Virus record (IMG/VR): IMGVR_UViG_3300003323_000790
Coordinates: 16,993 to 80,992 of that record
Length of the DNA: 64,000 nt
Strand: one strand, 5' to 3'
Source of the DNA: a virus
The position numbers were made by a program, and so were the translations under genes. This document shows positions 54,975-63,659 of this stretch, one piece after another. Below the pieces are notes generated by a model that searched no databases, was not told the origin of the DNA, and saw nothing but the letters and a program-made list of their open reading frames with translations. How positions within the stretch are numbered: the stretch's first letter is position 1; every line of letters starts with the position of its first letter.

Positions 54975-55003
54975 ATTGTGGCATGGAATTTGCTACGGAT
55001 CAA
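54975..55003 (-). promoter_or_regulatory. sigma70-like promoter, GCAA-spacer class; near-leaderless portal mRNA
   Basis: TTGATC-17-CACAAT, 9 nt before ATG, no SD. Confidence 0.6.
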
Positions 55004-56724
55004 CCTCGGCGTACCGGCACCTGACCGCCCATCTTGCAGCGGAAGGCTAGGGAGAAGCCCTCGGCGGGCAAGCTCCAGGAGGCGGTGGGTGCTAGGCGAC
55101 ATGCCACGTGCAGGTAGCCGACTGAATGCCAGAAGTGGTCTTGCGCCATTTTTGATTTTTCCCACGTGTAGGCCATGCCGCCGTCTTTTTTGAAAATTTG
55201 CCCGCGCGTCATGTCAAGGCAGTGGCCGACAAAGACGGCGTCGTCTTCCGTGGTTGTGGAGGCCCAGCGCACACGACCGGCCTTGAACATGAACATGATC
55301 TCGTCGAAATTGAGGTCGCGGTGGATCTTGGCTTGGCTGACCGGCAGCTTGCCCTTGGCGGCTTCTGCCTCCACTTTCTTTAGCTCATAGGTCGCCAGTT
55401 GGGGATTGTCGTGGTAGACCCCGCCCCACAGATTCTGGTCAACCAGTTGCATCTGCATGACCATGTAGGTTTCCGGGAAGGCGTCGATGACAGTCATGAC
55501 GACGCTGTACTGGATCATCAGCTCGATTTTACGCGTCGGTAGGTTGGCTAAGCTGCAACGTTCTTTGTGGACAATCAGCAACATACCGTCTTGCGTGATC
55601 CGGCCGACCGAAATGTGGCAAGTCTGACCGACGTCGATCCCCATGCAGTGCACTTCGCTTGACCGCATGCTGCCTTGTGGCAGGACGGAGCCCATCAAGT
55701 CGGTTTCCGTCAGGCTGCTGTTATCCGAGTTGGAAGTTTCACCTAGCGCTTGGTTCTGGAATTCGGCCCAGCTCTCGTAGTTGGTGATCTCTTCGACCAG
55801 CTTGGGGATGGTGACGATGTTCGGGAAGGCAAAAGGCGTGACAAAATAGCCGATATCGATGTGGTTTTCGTTCACATTTTCGACCACCCAGTTGCGGTGC
55901 TGGCGCTGCAAGGATGGGACTTTGTCACATTTCGGGCAATGCACGGACGCTTTCTTGTAGTTGAGCATCTGCAGCATGTGACGTGTGATGTCCTCTTTTT
56001 TGCCCTCGAAGCCTGGAATGCGCACGTGATCGTGAAAATTCGGTAAAAACCAGTGGTTGCAGTGGTTGCATTTGGTCAAGTAATGTCGGCGCATGGAGGT
56101 TTCCATGTACTTGGCAATACCGCGCTTGGCCGCTGTCGGCGTGCCGAACCGGCGCGTCATCTGGAATTTGCCGTGTTTCAGGCGCGACTGATACTGGCCC
56201 AAGGTGGCGCGGTCACTCCGGTCCACTTCGTCGTGGATCAGCAGCTCGGCCGGCACCGAGAGCGCCGTCGTGTTGCCGATAGTGCCCTTGAAGTACATGT
56301 AGCTGGTGCCGATCGACTTCAGCTCTGAATTATCGATGTTGCGATCCAGCAGCTCGCGCAGTGCCGGGCTCTCGGTCAGGATTGGATCGATACGTGTCCG
56401 GACAAAATTGCTGGCGTCGGTCGCGCTCGGCATGGTCTGGATGACGTTAAAGTAGGGCAGCATGGCCGCCAGGCCAAGCCCGTAGCGGGACATGGCTTCG
56501 GACATACCGACCTGTGCGCATTTTTGGACGTTCACTACCTTATTGGTGTCGGATAGGATGTCCGCCTGCACTTCGTGGTCCTTGAAGCTGAACCGACTGC
56601 CTTGGAGGAAGGTCTTGTCTTCCAGAAACTTGACCACGTCCTTCAGGTCATAGGTGTTCAGGACGTCGGTTTTGAGCTTGCTGAGGTGAGTCAGCAGCTT
56701 TTTGTCACTGGCCAGGTGGTCCAT
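55000..56724 (-). CDS. terminase large subunit (lambda gpA-like)
   Basis: KCAQVGMSE, IHDEVD, FGTPT, CxxC pairs, MGIDVG. Confidence 0.9.
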   Translation of the reverse strand: MDHLASDKKLLTHLSKLKTDVLNTYDLKDVVKFLEDKTFLQGSRFSFKDHEVQADILSDTNKVVNVQKCAQVGMSEAMSRYGLGLAAMLPYFNVIQTMPSATDASNFVRTRIDPILTESPALRELLDRNIDNSELKSIGTSYMYFKGTIGNTTALSVPAELLIHDEVDRSDRATLGQYQSRLKHGKFQMTRRFGTPTAAKRGIAKYMETSMRRHYLTKCNHCNHWFLPNFHDHVRIPGFEGKKEDITRHMLQMLNYKKASVHCPKCDKVPSLQRQHRNWVVENVNENHIDIGYFVTPFAFPNIVTIPKLVEEITNYESWAEFQNQALGETSNSDNSSLTETDLMGSVLPQGSMRSSEVHCMGIDVGQTCHISVGRITQDGMLLIVHKERCSLANLPTRKIELMIQYSVVMTVIDAFPETYMVMQMQLVDQNLWGGVYHDNPQLATYELKKVEAEAAKGKLPVSQAKIHRDLNFDEIMFMFKAGRVRWASTTTEDDAVFVGHCLDMTRGQIFKKDGGMAYTWEKSKMAQDHFWHSVGYLHVACRLAPTASWSLPAEGFSLAFRCKMGGQVPVRRG

Positions 56725-57172
56725 TGCGTAGCTCTTCGATGTTTTGGGACGTCAGGTACTCGCCGTAGAGGTCGATGTAGGCTTCGCGCATTTCTGTCGG
56801 CGCCTTGGCCAAGGTGAGGCGGATTGCGGCCTCATAGCGCTTTAGGCGCTCTTGGCTCAGCACCGCATCGCGCGTTTCGGCCAGCATTTTTAGCATGTTG
56901 GTGACCTGGTTGAGGGTTGCCGTGCGGTCTTTCATGCCGGATTCGCTGTCGGACTCCATAGCTTCGGCCTGCAGCATTTTGGCGTTACGAAATTGGTGGT
57001 CTAGCTCTTCCAAGAGGTCGATGTTGGCGGCGCCGAGGTTAAGTCTGGCACTCAGCAGCGAGTGCAAGGTCAGAGCATCAGCCTCGTTGAGGTTTTTGAC
57101 GAGCGTCTTGAGGTCGGCCAAGTCGTAATAAGAGGTGCTTTTTTGGTTGTTTTTCAGGCTGTAGTCTTCCAT
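56705..57172 (-). CDS. putative terminase small subunit
   Basis: GGAGG SD; helical; overlaps TerL start. Confidence 0.6.
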   Translation of the reverse strand: MEDYSLKNNQKSTSYYDLADLKTLVKNLNEADALTLHSLLSARLNLGAANIDLLEELDHQFRNAKMLQAEAMESDSESGMKDRTATLNQVTNMLKMLAETRDAVLSQERLKRYEAAIRLTLAKAPTEMREAYIDLYGEYLTSQNIEELRNGPPGQ

Positions 57173-57462
57173 TTGGCCCTCCAACGGTAGATGGATCGTT
57201 TTGAGAGGCCCGTTACGCGCATGGCTTTTTCCATGTCAAGCGTGGTGGCGGACTCACCTCGGAATTGTTTTCGGGCCGCGGTCAGGCGCTTTTTCGCGTT
57301 TAGGCGCTCTTGGCTTTGTCCGGGCACTTTTTTGATCCCGAGCTGGCGCAGCGTGCGCGAAATGGTCTCTGGGCTGCAGCCGATTTCGGCGGCAACCTCC
57401 AGATTTGTCCTCTTGCGGCCTTGCAGATCGCTAAGGAAGGGGATGATTTTTTCGCGGACCAT
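57154..57462 (-). CDS. double-HTH DNA-binding protein
   Basis: TNLEVAAEIGCSPETISRTL and AMRVTGLSKRSIYRW. Confidence 0.75.
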   Translation of the reverse strand: MVREKIIPFLSDLQGRKRTNLEVAAEIGCSPETISRTLRQLGIKKVPGQSQERLNAKKRLTAARKQFRGESATTLDMEKAMRVTGLSKRSIYRWRAKWKTTA

Positions 57463-57469
57463 AGCAAGG

Positions 57470-57498
57470 AGTGTGCCAGCGTTGTTGCCGGGTGTCAA
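57470..57498 (-). promoter_or_regulatory. sigma70-like promoter, GCAA-spacer class; predicted leaderless mRNA
   Basis: TTGACA-17-CACACT, 7 nt before ATG 57462; overlaps TGGCACACTCCTTGCT. Confidence 0.55.
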
Positions 57499-57723
57499 AT
57501 TGCTAGGTAGATTGATGTTGTCTTTTTGATAACAAAACCTGTAGAAATATTGCGGCGGTGTCGGGGTCACCTGGTGCTGGCGGGCACCGCCCCAAATGCC
57601 AAAACCCTATACGTCACCGCCTACCACATCTCCCCCGCCCCGTCAATGACACGGCAATGACCATGGCGTAAATACAACAAACAACAGCTTTTAGAGGATT
57701 TCCTCTAATTACCAAAATTCTGG

Positions 57724-57752
57724 TTGCTAAACACAATAGATCGGATCATAAT
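57724..57752 (+). promoter_or_regulatory. early sigma70-like promoter
   Basis: TTGCTA-17-CATAAT. Confidence 0.6.
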
Positions 57753-57826
57753 ATGTTCATGTCATCGCCGATGACGCAGCGCCCGCACTGCGCGCTGACT
57801 GTTCTACTTACTTTGGAGTCACTACC

Positions 57827-58612
57827 ATGAACAAAGCCCCTACCAAAGCCGAGCGCGCCGCCGTGCACAAGGCTGCTTCCCCGTTCAGCGCCAATCAGTC
57901 GCTGAGCGACATTATCCGCCTCGTCGCTGGCCACGCTGAGGCCAAACAGGATGTCATCCTCGGCGCTGTGCACAGCGCGTACTATCAGGCGTTGAAGCAC
58001 GGCAACAAAGCTCAGCTGCAAGGCCGCGCCAACAGCCTGTACGAGCAAGCCAAGATGTACAGCACGGCAACCAACGCCAAAGCCGCCGGTTTCGCTAAGC
58101 CCCAGACCGCCGCCACCGTCTACGCCGCGCACCTGTCGGCGCTGGACATCGTTGGCATTCCCGGCAAAGCCAGTGCTGATCAGCTGGTGGACGACGACGG
58201 CAACGTCGTCAGTGTGGAAACGCTGGCCGAGGGCATGGCGCTGGCGTATATGGACGCTGTGACCGCCTATGTTGCCGAGGTGGAACAGGCCAAAGCCGAC
58301 AAGCGCGCCGCCAGCAAGGCCGCACAAGCCAAAGCCGCACCCTCACCAGAAGCGGTGGAAGCGGTGGCTGATGCCAAGGAAGCCGCTGCACAAGCAAATT
58401 CCGTGCCAGTGGTTACGCTGACCATGGCGGAGATGGTTGCGGCTGTGGCGGCGGCGCTGCGCACCGGTACGCTGGACGCCGACCTGCACAACCAGATCGC
58501 GGACGCCGCCGCTGAGTACTCCGAGCTGGAAGCGCTGCGCGAGCAAGTCCCTCCGGCGCTGGCAGCCATGACCATGCCAGCCGGTGAAGTAGCAGCGGCG
58601 CTGGCATCCTGA
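57827..58612 (+). CDS. Ala-rich hypothetical early protein
   Basis: GGAG SD; strong codon bias. Confidence 0.75.
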   Translation: MNKAPTKAERAAVHKAASPFSANQSLSDIIRLVAGHAEAKQDVILGAVHSAYYQALKHGNKAQLQGRANSLYEQAKMYSTATNAKAAGFAKPQTAATVYAAHLSALDIVGIPGKASADQLVDDDGNVVSVETLAEGMALAYMDAVTAYVAEVEQAKADKRAASKAAQAKAAPSPEAVEAVADAKEAAAQANSVPVVTLTMAEMVAAVAAALRTGTLDADLHNQIADAAAEYSELEALREQVPPALAAMTMPAGEVAAALAS

Positions 58613-59520
58613 GCGCTGTAGGACTGGCGCACCACAGCGCCAGTCCCTACAGGCATGCGCGTACCGCGCCCATGCCTGTAGTAAGAAGCCACGGGCAATA
58701 GCCGCCCGTGCTGTGAAAGCCACTGCCTCTATAGCAGTCCCTCCCTTGCTTCGCGCTTGGTTGGCTCTCTGTAGTCGCTATGGTCAGTAGCACCGTTCCT
58801 TAACAATCTGACAACCTCAAACAGTCCTCGCGGCGATTGCCTGCGCGGCCGTCCCTTGCTTGCTTCGTGCTCGCTTGGCTTGGCTGCGCTCGCTCTAACG
58901 CGGCGTGGATATGCGAGTGTTGTATGAGAGTAATGACATGTGGGCCGCCCGATAGCGGTTTCGCAAGGTAAGACGGTCCCGCGTGGCTGTCGACTAAGCA
59001 GGTGCTGTAGTTCGCCCTAGCAAGCGGGGATGCTTGCTGTAGCAGGGCAGCGCCGACGTTCTCCAAACGGCTGGATGTGCTTTGCGAATCACTGGCGCTG
59101 TCGCCAATCCACATGACGTAATCCCCTCCACGGGATGAACTGGCTGGACCAAAGTAAGCTATTGAGAACACTGACTTGATAGCAGCGCTGGCCGGACGTA
59201 GACGCCTAGCCCGATGGCGTAGTAATCGGGCCTGGCAGTGTGATTAGTGTTGGCAGGATGACAATTGTCGTCGCTGAAATTGAGTGAGGCGGTGGATCAT
59301 CACGCCCCTAGTCATGTTGCTAAATGAACAATGCGCCCCTTGGATGTGTCGGCGCAGAATGAGTACACGTCCCACAGTGTTGCATCGGCGCAACACTGTA
59401 AATCTTGCGCCTTGGGAAACAGGGCGCACACTTAAGCCGCTTGGCTACAGGTAGCTTAATTGTAAATTCGGTTGAATAGGCAGTTCACAATCATTTTACA
59501 TAATACGGTTTCGCGCGTAT
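58613..59520 (+). ncRNA. candidate large structured non-coding RNA / antitermination leader
   Basis: No credible ORF; many hairpins, a boxA-like site and a predicted pseudoknot. Confidence 0.45.
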
Positions 59521-59721
59521 TTTTAGCGCAGTTTCATGGTACGTCTAAAAGTTGTAATTTAACAACATTTCTAGGGAGGCAATCATGTTTATCGTCTGGC
59601 TTTCGTTCCACGGCGTAGAGCACCGCGTGGATGTTGTCGCTACCTCGCGCGGCAACGCCGTCCAGCAGATCCGCGACAGCGCCAAATACCGCGGCTACAA
59701 CATCGATGGTGTGGTGCGGGC

Positions 59722-59934
59722 ATGAAAGCCGCACTGATCGCCCAAATCGCGCTGGCAGCGCTGATCTTGGGCATCTGCCGGGCACTGTGCCCGGCCAAAG
59801 TCGGCCAGGTAGCCGCTGAACTGATCGGCTGGAGCGCCGCCGCGTGGGCCGTGGCGGCGCTCCTGTACTGCTGGCCTATGCTGGTTTTGTTACAGGCATT
59901 GGCGACTGGCCTTCTGGCAGCTTCTCGTAAATGA
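59722..59934 (+). CDS. small hydrophobic membrane protein
   Basis: 70 aa, almost entirely hydrophobic. Confidence 0.45.
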   Translation: MKAALIAQIALAALILGICRALCPAKVGQVAAELIGWSAAAWAVAALLYCWPMLVLLQALATGLLAASRK

Positions 59935-60715
59935 TAGGCAGCCGCTTGCAATACTCGTGCTCACAGTGAGCCTTGTGCTCCAAGACGGCTTGCAAGCTCC
60001 AAGGTGTCACGGCCGCAACCCGGCCGTGCTCCTCGCTCCAACGCATCGCGAATGCGCCCAATTCCTCAAAGGCATGACAGCGCACGATGTAATCATCCAT
60101 CGGATGCACCGGCGCTGTGGTGCGCAGCCACTGGAACGTGCGAAAGTGCCACTTATAGCCAGGCTCTGCTTTAGGTGGCGTCGGCCGGCTGCGGCGCTGG
60201 CGCAACAGCGCCACCGTCTTGGCCGTTTTCCGGATGTCCGCCGCCGCGCGGCGCGCCATTACCTGCGGATCAATACGGTAGGCATCCGCCTCACGGCGAT
60301 CCTTCAAATACACCTGCGCCGAGCGGGTGCCGTAGAGCTTCACTAGGCAGTCACGCCACGCCGCCAAGCAAGCCTCTGGCGTCGTGTAAGTGCGGGTTTC
60401 AAGTGGGTGGGTGTAAGCCCCCTGCGCGCCGGATTGCAGGTAACGATGATTCGCTCCTGTGAGCGCCAGCAGATTGTCGGCCACGAGATTGCGATAGTCC
60501 CCGTCCTTGGGGATCACGCGATATTCGGGGATGGCAAGGGTTTGCAAGGTCCAGGCCAAGGAGGCAGCATCGTACTCTTTGCCTTGGAACATCACGTAAA
60601 GCACACCTCGCCGGAAATACCCGACTTCTTTCAGATCAGCACCTACGCGCTTTTTCAAGTGGCCGTGCTCGATCACAAACGTATGGAAGAAAGCATCAAC
60701 GTCAAAACGGTTCAT
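59876..60715 (-). CDS. degenerate HNH-like protein
   Basis: AGGAG SD; Y.A..LAW......P...V...DGD..N...DNL with His residues missing. Confidence 0.55.
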   Translation of the reverse strand: MNRFDVDAFFHTFVIEHGHLKKRVGADLKEVGYFRRGVLYVMFQGKEYDAASLAWTLQTLAIPEYRVIPKDGDYRNLVADNLLALTGANHRYLQSGAQGAYTHPLETRTYTTPEACLAAWRDCLVKLYGTRSAQVYLKDRREADAYRIDPQVMARRAAADIRKTAKTVALLRQRRSRPTPPKAEPGYKWHFRTFQWLRTTAPVHPMDDYIVRCHAFEELGAFAMRWSEEHGRVAAVTPWSLQAVLEHKAHCEHEYCKRLPIIYEKLPEGQSPMPVTKPA

Positions 60716-61250
60716 TTTGTTGCTCCTAAAATAAAAATTACCATATCTTTCTGGTCGTTACTCACCACCCCCTGAAAAAAGAGACCATAGACCGATTTCC
60801 ATTTCAAAAAATAGAACTAAGGTACAAATTATTGTAATAACGTCCGTTGAGTTATGGTAATTTGTTTTGAAATCCCGGTTTTGGGGTGGGGGAGGGTCTT
60901 CCGGGCCAACCCTTGCATAATAATGGAAAACCAGTACATCGTACAGTTTATTGTAGGTGATATTCACCAACCTACCAAAACCCTTGCTAAACGTACATCA
61001 AAATAAATTACAGCAAGTCTATCCTTAGCTAGACAAAAGATTCCGTACGGCAACGCGAAAATCGCCAAAAAGGTCAACTAAGCCACGTGATCCTAGGCGG
61101 GTCTGTTGGGCGTGTTGTCGTCGAATTTTGGTCATTTTTGTACGTTCCACTCCACCGAACAAGTATTCCAAAATTCCTTGCTTGAGCACTTCAAGAATTT
61201 TTGGACCGTACTAGCGACCATGAACTTACCATTTCGTTAGGAGAAGCGCC

Positions 61251-61664
61251 ATGTCCCTCAAAGCCCTCGCCCACGCCATCCTCACCCTCCCACCGCCTCA
61301 TGAGGACGTCGCCAGAGGTATCTGCGACGCCACTTGGCGAGCCCTCGTTGCCTCTCCAGACCTGCGCGACCACGCCACCACTATGCGCACCTTCCTCGAC
61401 GGTCAGCTCAGTGGGCGCCGTGTCGGCTCCTATTGCACCATCGACAATCTGGTCGACACGGTCGTCAACGGCTTCAAGCCCTACAACCTGCGCCGCGAAG
61501 GCGACTACTCCACCCTCTGCTGGGCCGACCCAGGCACGCCCATCCGCAACACCGCCAACCACATCCGCGAAGCCTGGCTCAGGCAGGTCGCTGAAACCGG
61601 CGAGCTCCCACCCTTGCCCACCGACGTGGAAATCATCACCATCTACAAATCACTGGAGCAATAA
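61251..61664 (+). CDS. hypothetical early protein (R..WL paralog family)
   Basis: AGGAG SD; ICDA...IREAWL...LPPLP. Confidence 0.7.
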   Translation: MSLKALAHAILTLPPPHEDVARGICDATWRALVASPDLRDHATTMRTFLDGQLSGRRVGSYCTIDNLVDTVVNGFKPYNLRREGDYSTLCWADPGTPIRNTANHIREAWLRQVAETGELPPLPTDVEIITIYKSLEQ

Positions 61665-61665
61665 C

Positions 61666-62067
61666 ATGACCAAACTGCAATTTCTCGAAGCTGTGAGGCA
61701 GACGCTGATTGCCTGGCGTGACCATGGCACCGGCGAATCCGCCATCTGTGACGCCGCCTACTATGTAGCAGCCAAGTACGGCATCCGCGAGGCTCGCGTG
61801 TGGCTGGTTGAGCACGTCAGCCGCCAGCTGGGTAAGCTCGGCCACAGCTTCGCCTCTATCGCCGCTTTCGAGGTAGTGTTCGACCACCTGGAAGTGGACG
61901 AGGTATTGAAGTACGAGGCAGGCCTCATGACGCGCGGCCCTCTTGGCACCGCCATCCGCCTGCTGTGGGTCGACCAGTTCATCCACGCCACCGAGCGCGC
62001 ACTGCCGCTGCCGCCCTTCCCGAGCAAGGAAGACCTGCTCCCGCTGTTCCAACCTTGGATGAAATAA
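61666..62067 (+). CDS. hypothetical early protein (R..WL paralog family)
   Basis: GGAG SD; ICDA...IRLLWVD...LPLPP. Confidence 0.7.
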   Translation: MTKLQFLEAVRQTLIAWRDHGTGESAICDAAYYVAAKYGIREARVWLVEHVSRQLGKLGHSFASIAAFEVVFDHLEVDEVLKYEAGLMTRGPLGTAIRLLWVDQFIHATERALPLPPFPSKEDLLPLFQPWMK

Positions 62068-62068
62068 C

Positions 62069-62368
62069 ATGAACGACAGACAGCTAATGGCCGACGCCCT
62101 GCGAGATATCTTGAACGCAGCCAGCAACGGACAGCCTTACTCCCTGCAAGACCTGCAAGGGGCAGACTTTGTCGAGGCATTCGACGCTGCGGGACGTAAA
62201 ACCAGCGACTCCGAACCTCAGCCGGCCTACGCTGTGTCGGTAGGCAACCCATACGACGGCATGACGCTGTATGGTCCATTCGACAGCCCCGAAGAGGGCG
62301 GCGAGTTCGCCTCCACCCAAGAAGAGTGTCACCTGGTGACGCTGAACCCGCCGGATGACGCAAAATGA
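62069..62368 (+). CDS. hypothetical protein
   Basis: GNP.DG..LYGPF motif. Confidence 0.65.
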   Translation: MNDRQLMADALRDILNAASNGQPYSLQDLQGADFVEAFDAAGRKTSDSEPQPAYAVSVGNPYDGMTLYGPFDSPEEGGEFASTQEECHLVTLNPPDDAK

Positions 62369-62778
62369 CCTGCGCCGAACTGATCCTCGCCACCTTCCTC
62401 GCGGTGGGCCGGCAGGCCCAAGCCGTCTACCCAGACACGCCGCTCCGGCCCATCCTGGAAGATGGCCCTGTCCTGCCCAAAGCGGACGCCCAGACCACGC
62501 CGGTGACGCAGCGCTTTAACCGCATCGCCACCACGCGCTACTACGTCCGCATCCACGAGCGCTTGTGCAAGAACCCGGCCTACCTCAAGGCCGTCGTGGC
62601 GCACGAGTTCGGCCACATGCTGGCGCATGCCAAAGACTACAAGGACAGCGAGCAGCTGGCCACCACCTTGGGCGCCACGCTGCTGACCGACGAAGAAAAG
62701 CAGGCCACGCTGTCTTACTTAGAGGAAAACCTCTACACAGACCACTTGCGCATGTGGCAGTATGCTACGGCTAAGTGA
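62365..62778 (+). CDS. HEXXH zinc metallopeptidase-like protein (ImmA/IrrE-like)
   Basis: VAHEFGHML...E..A......LL. Confidence 0.7.
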   Translation: MTCAELILATFLAVGRQAQAVYPDTPLRPILEDGPVLPKADAQTTPVTQRFNRIATTRYYVRIHERLCKNPAYLKAVVAHEFGHMLAHAKDYKDSEQLATTLGATLLTDEEKQATLSYLEENLYTDHLRMWQYATAK

Positions 62779-62794
62779 CAGAAAGGAATAAATC

Positions 62795-63136
62795 ATGACC
62801 ATCACCGAATTCCTGCAACACGTCAAAGAGATCAAGCTGCAGCACATGGAGTCAGATCGCGGCCTGTGCTGGTGCGCCGAGAAGCCCGGCAACCCAATCC
62901 ACCCCGTAATCGCCCTCAGGGAGCACATGGGAGCCTGGCTCGGCGACGCCGACGGCTGGATCTCCGACAAGGTGGAAGATATCGACAAGGGCCAGGCAGA
63001 GCACCGCTTCTACATGGCCATCGCCAACCAGATCCGCATCGACTGGCTCGACGCGTCCATCGCGCTGGGCGCCTTCGCGGCCCTGCCGACCGACGACGAG
63101 GTCAAGGAGATGCTACGCAAAGCGAGGGCTGTATGA
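62795..63136 (+). CDS. hypothetical early protein (R..WL paralog family)
   Basis: AAGGA SD; GLCW...IRIDWLD...ALP. Confidence 0.7.
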   Translation: MTITEFLQHVKEIKLQHMESDRGLCWCAEKPGNPIHPVIALREHMGAWLGDADGWISDKVEDIDKGQAEHRFYMAIANQIRIDWLDASIALGAFAALPTDDEVKEMLRKARAV

Positions 63137-63381
63137 AGCCCGCAGAGCTCATCCACGCCTACCAGACCATCGCCAACCTCATGCAGATGCGTAAGGAAGG
63201 CCGGTCCGCGCAAAAGGCTTTCGACTCGGCGGTGACATGTGCGCACGCCATCGGGCTGACCACCTTGGGCATCGAGCTGCACCGCTTGCACATCCCGGAA
63301 GACCAGCACCTCGCTTGGCTCCAAGCCCGTATCCGAACTCTTCAAATATGTGAGACAGCTACATGCGCCCCCAATACATAA
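63133..63381 (+). CDS. hypothetical protein
   Basis: ATGA overlap; HLAWL. Confidence 0.55.
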   Translation: MKPAELIHAYQTIANLMQMRKEGRSAQKAFDSAVTCAHAIGLTTLGIELHRLHIPEDQHLAWLQARIRTLQICETATCAPNT

Positions 63382-63656
63382 GCCAGGTCATCAAGCACCT
63401 GAATCACGACACCATCAGTTTGCAAAATGCCTGCCTGATGGCCTACGAGACGCTCGGCCCCGACTTCGGGCCGGACTACACCCAGCTGCTCAATCACATC
63501 TCTAAAACCTTGGGCACCATGAGTTTCGCCAGCCACTACGCGAAGCTCTTCGGTAAGAAGGGCGCCGACCTGCAAGCCAAGCGGATCCAGTGGATGGCCG
63601 CCTGCCTTGCAAGCACAATCGCCGAGCTGCCCACCTTGCCGCCAGTTCTGGAGTAG
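63363..63656 (+). CDS. hypothetical early protein (R..WL paralog family)
   Basis: ACLM...HI.KTL...KRIQWM...LPTLPP. Confidence 0.65.
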   Translation: MRPQYISQVIKHLNHDTISLQNACLMAYETLGPDFGPDYTQLLNHISKTLGTMSFASHYAKLFGKKGADLQAKRIQWMAACLASTIAELPTLPPVLE

Positions 63657-63659
63657 GAA

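Noticed and set aside
58613-59520. tRNA, CRISPR array or group I intron in the non-coding region
   Set aside because: No cloverleaf or TTC(G)A arm, no regular repeat-spacer period, no interrupted gene or recognisable intron core
61201-61665. Ser/Pro/Thr-rich N-terminal extension of ORF 61201-62067
   Set aside because: Shadow frame of the 61251 gene; the real start is ATG 61666 with a GGAG SD
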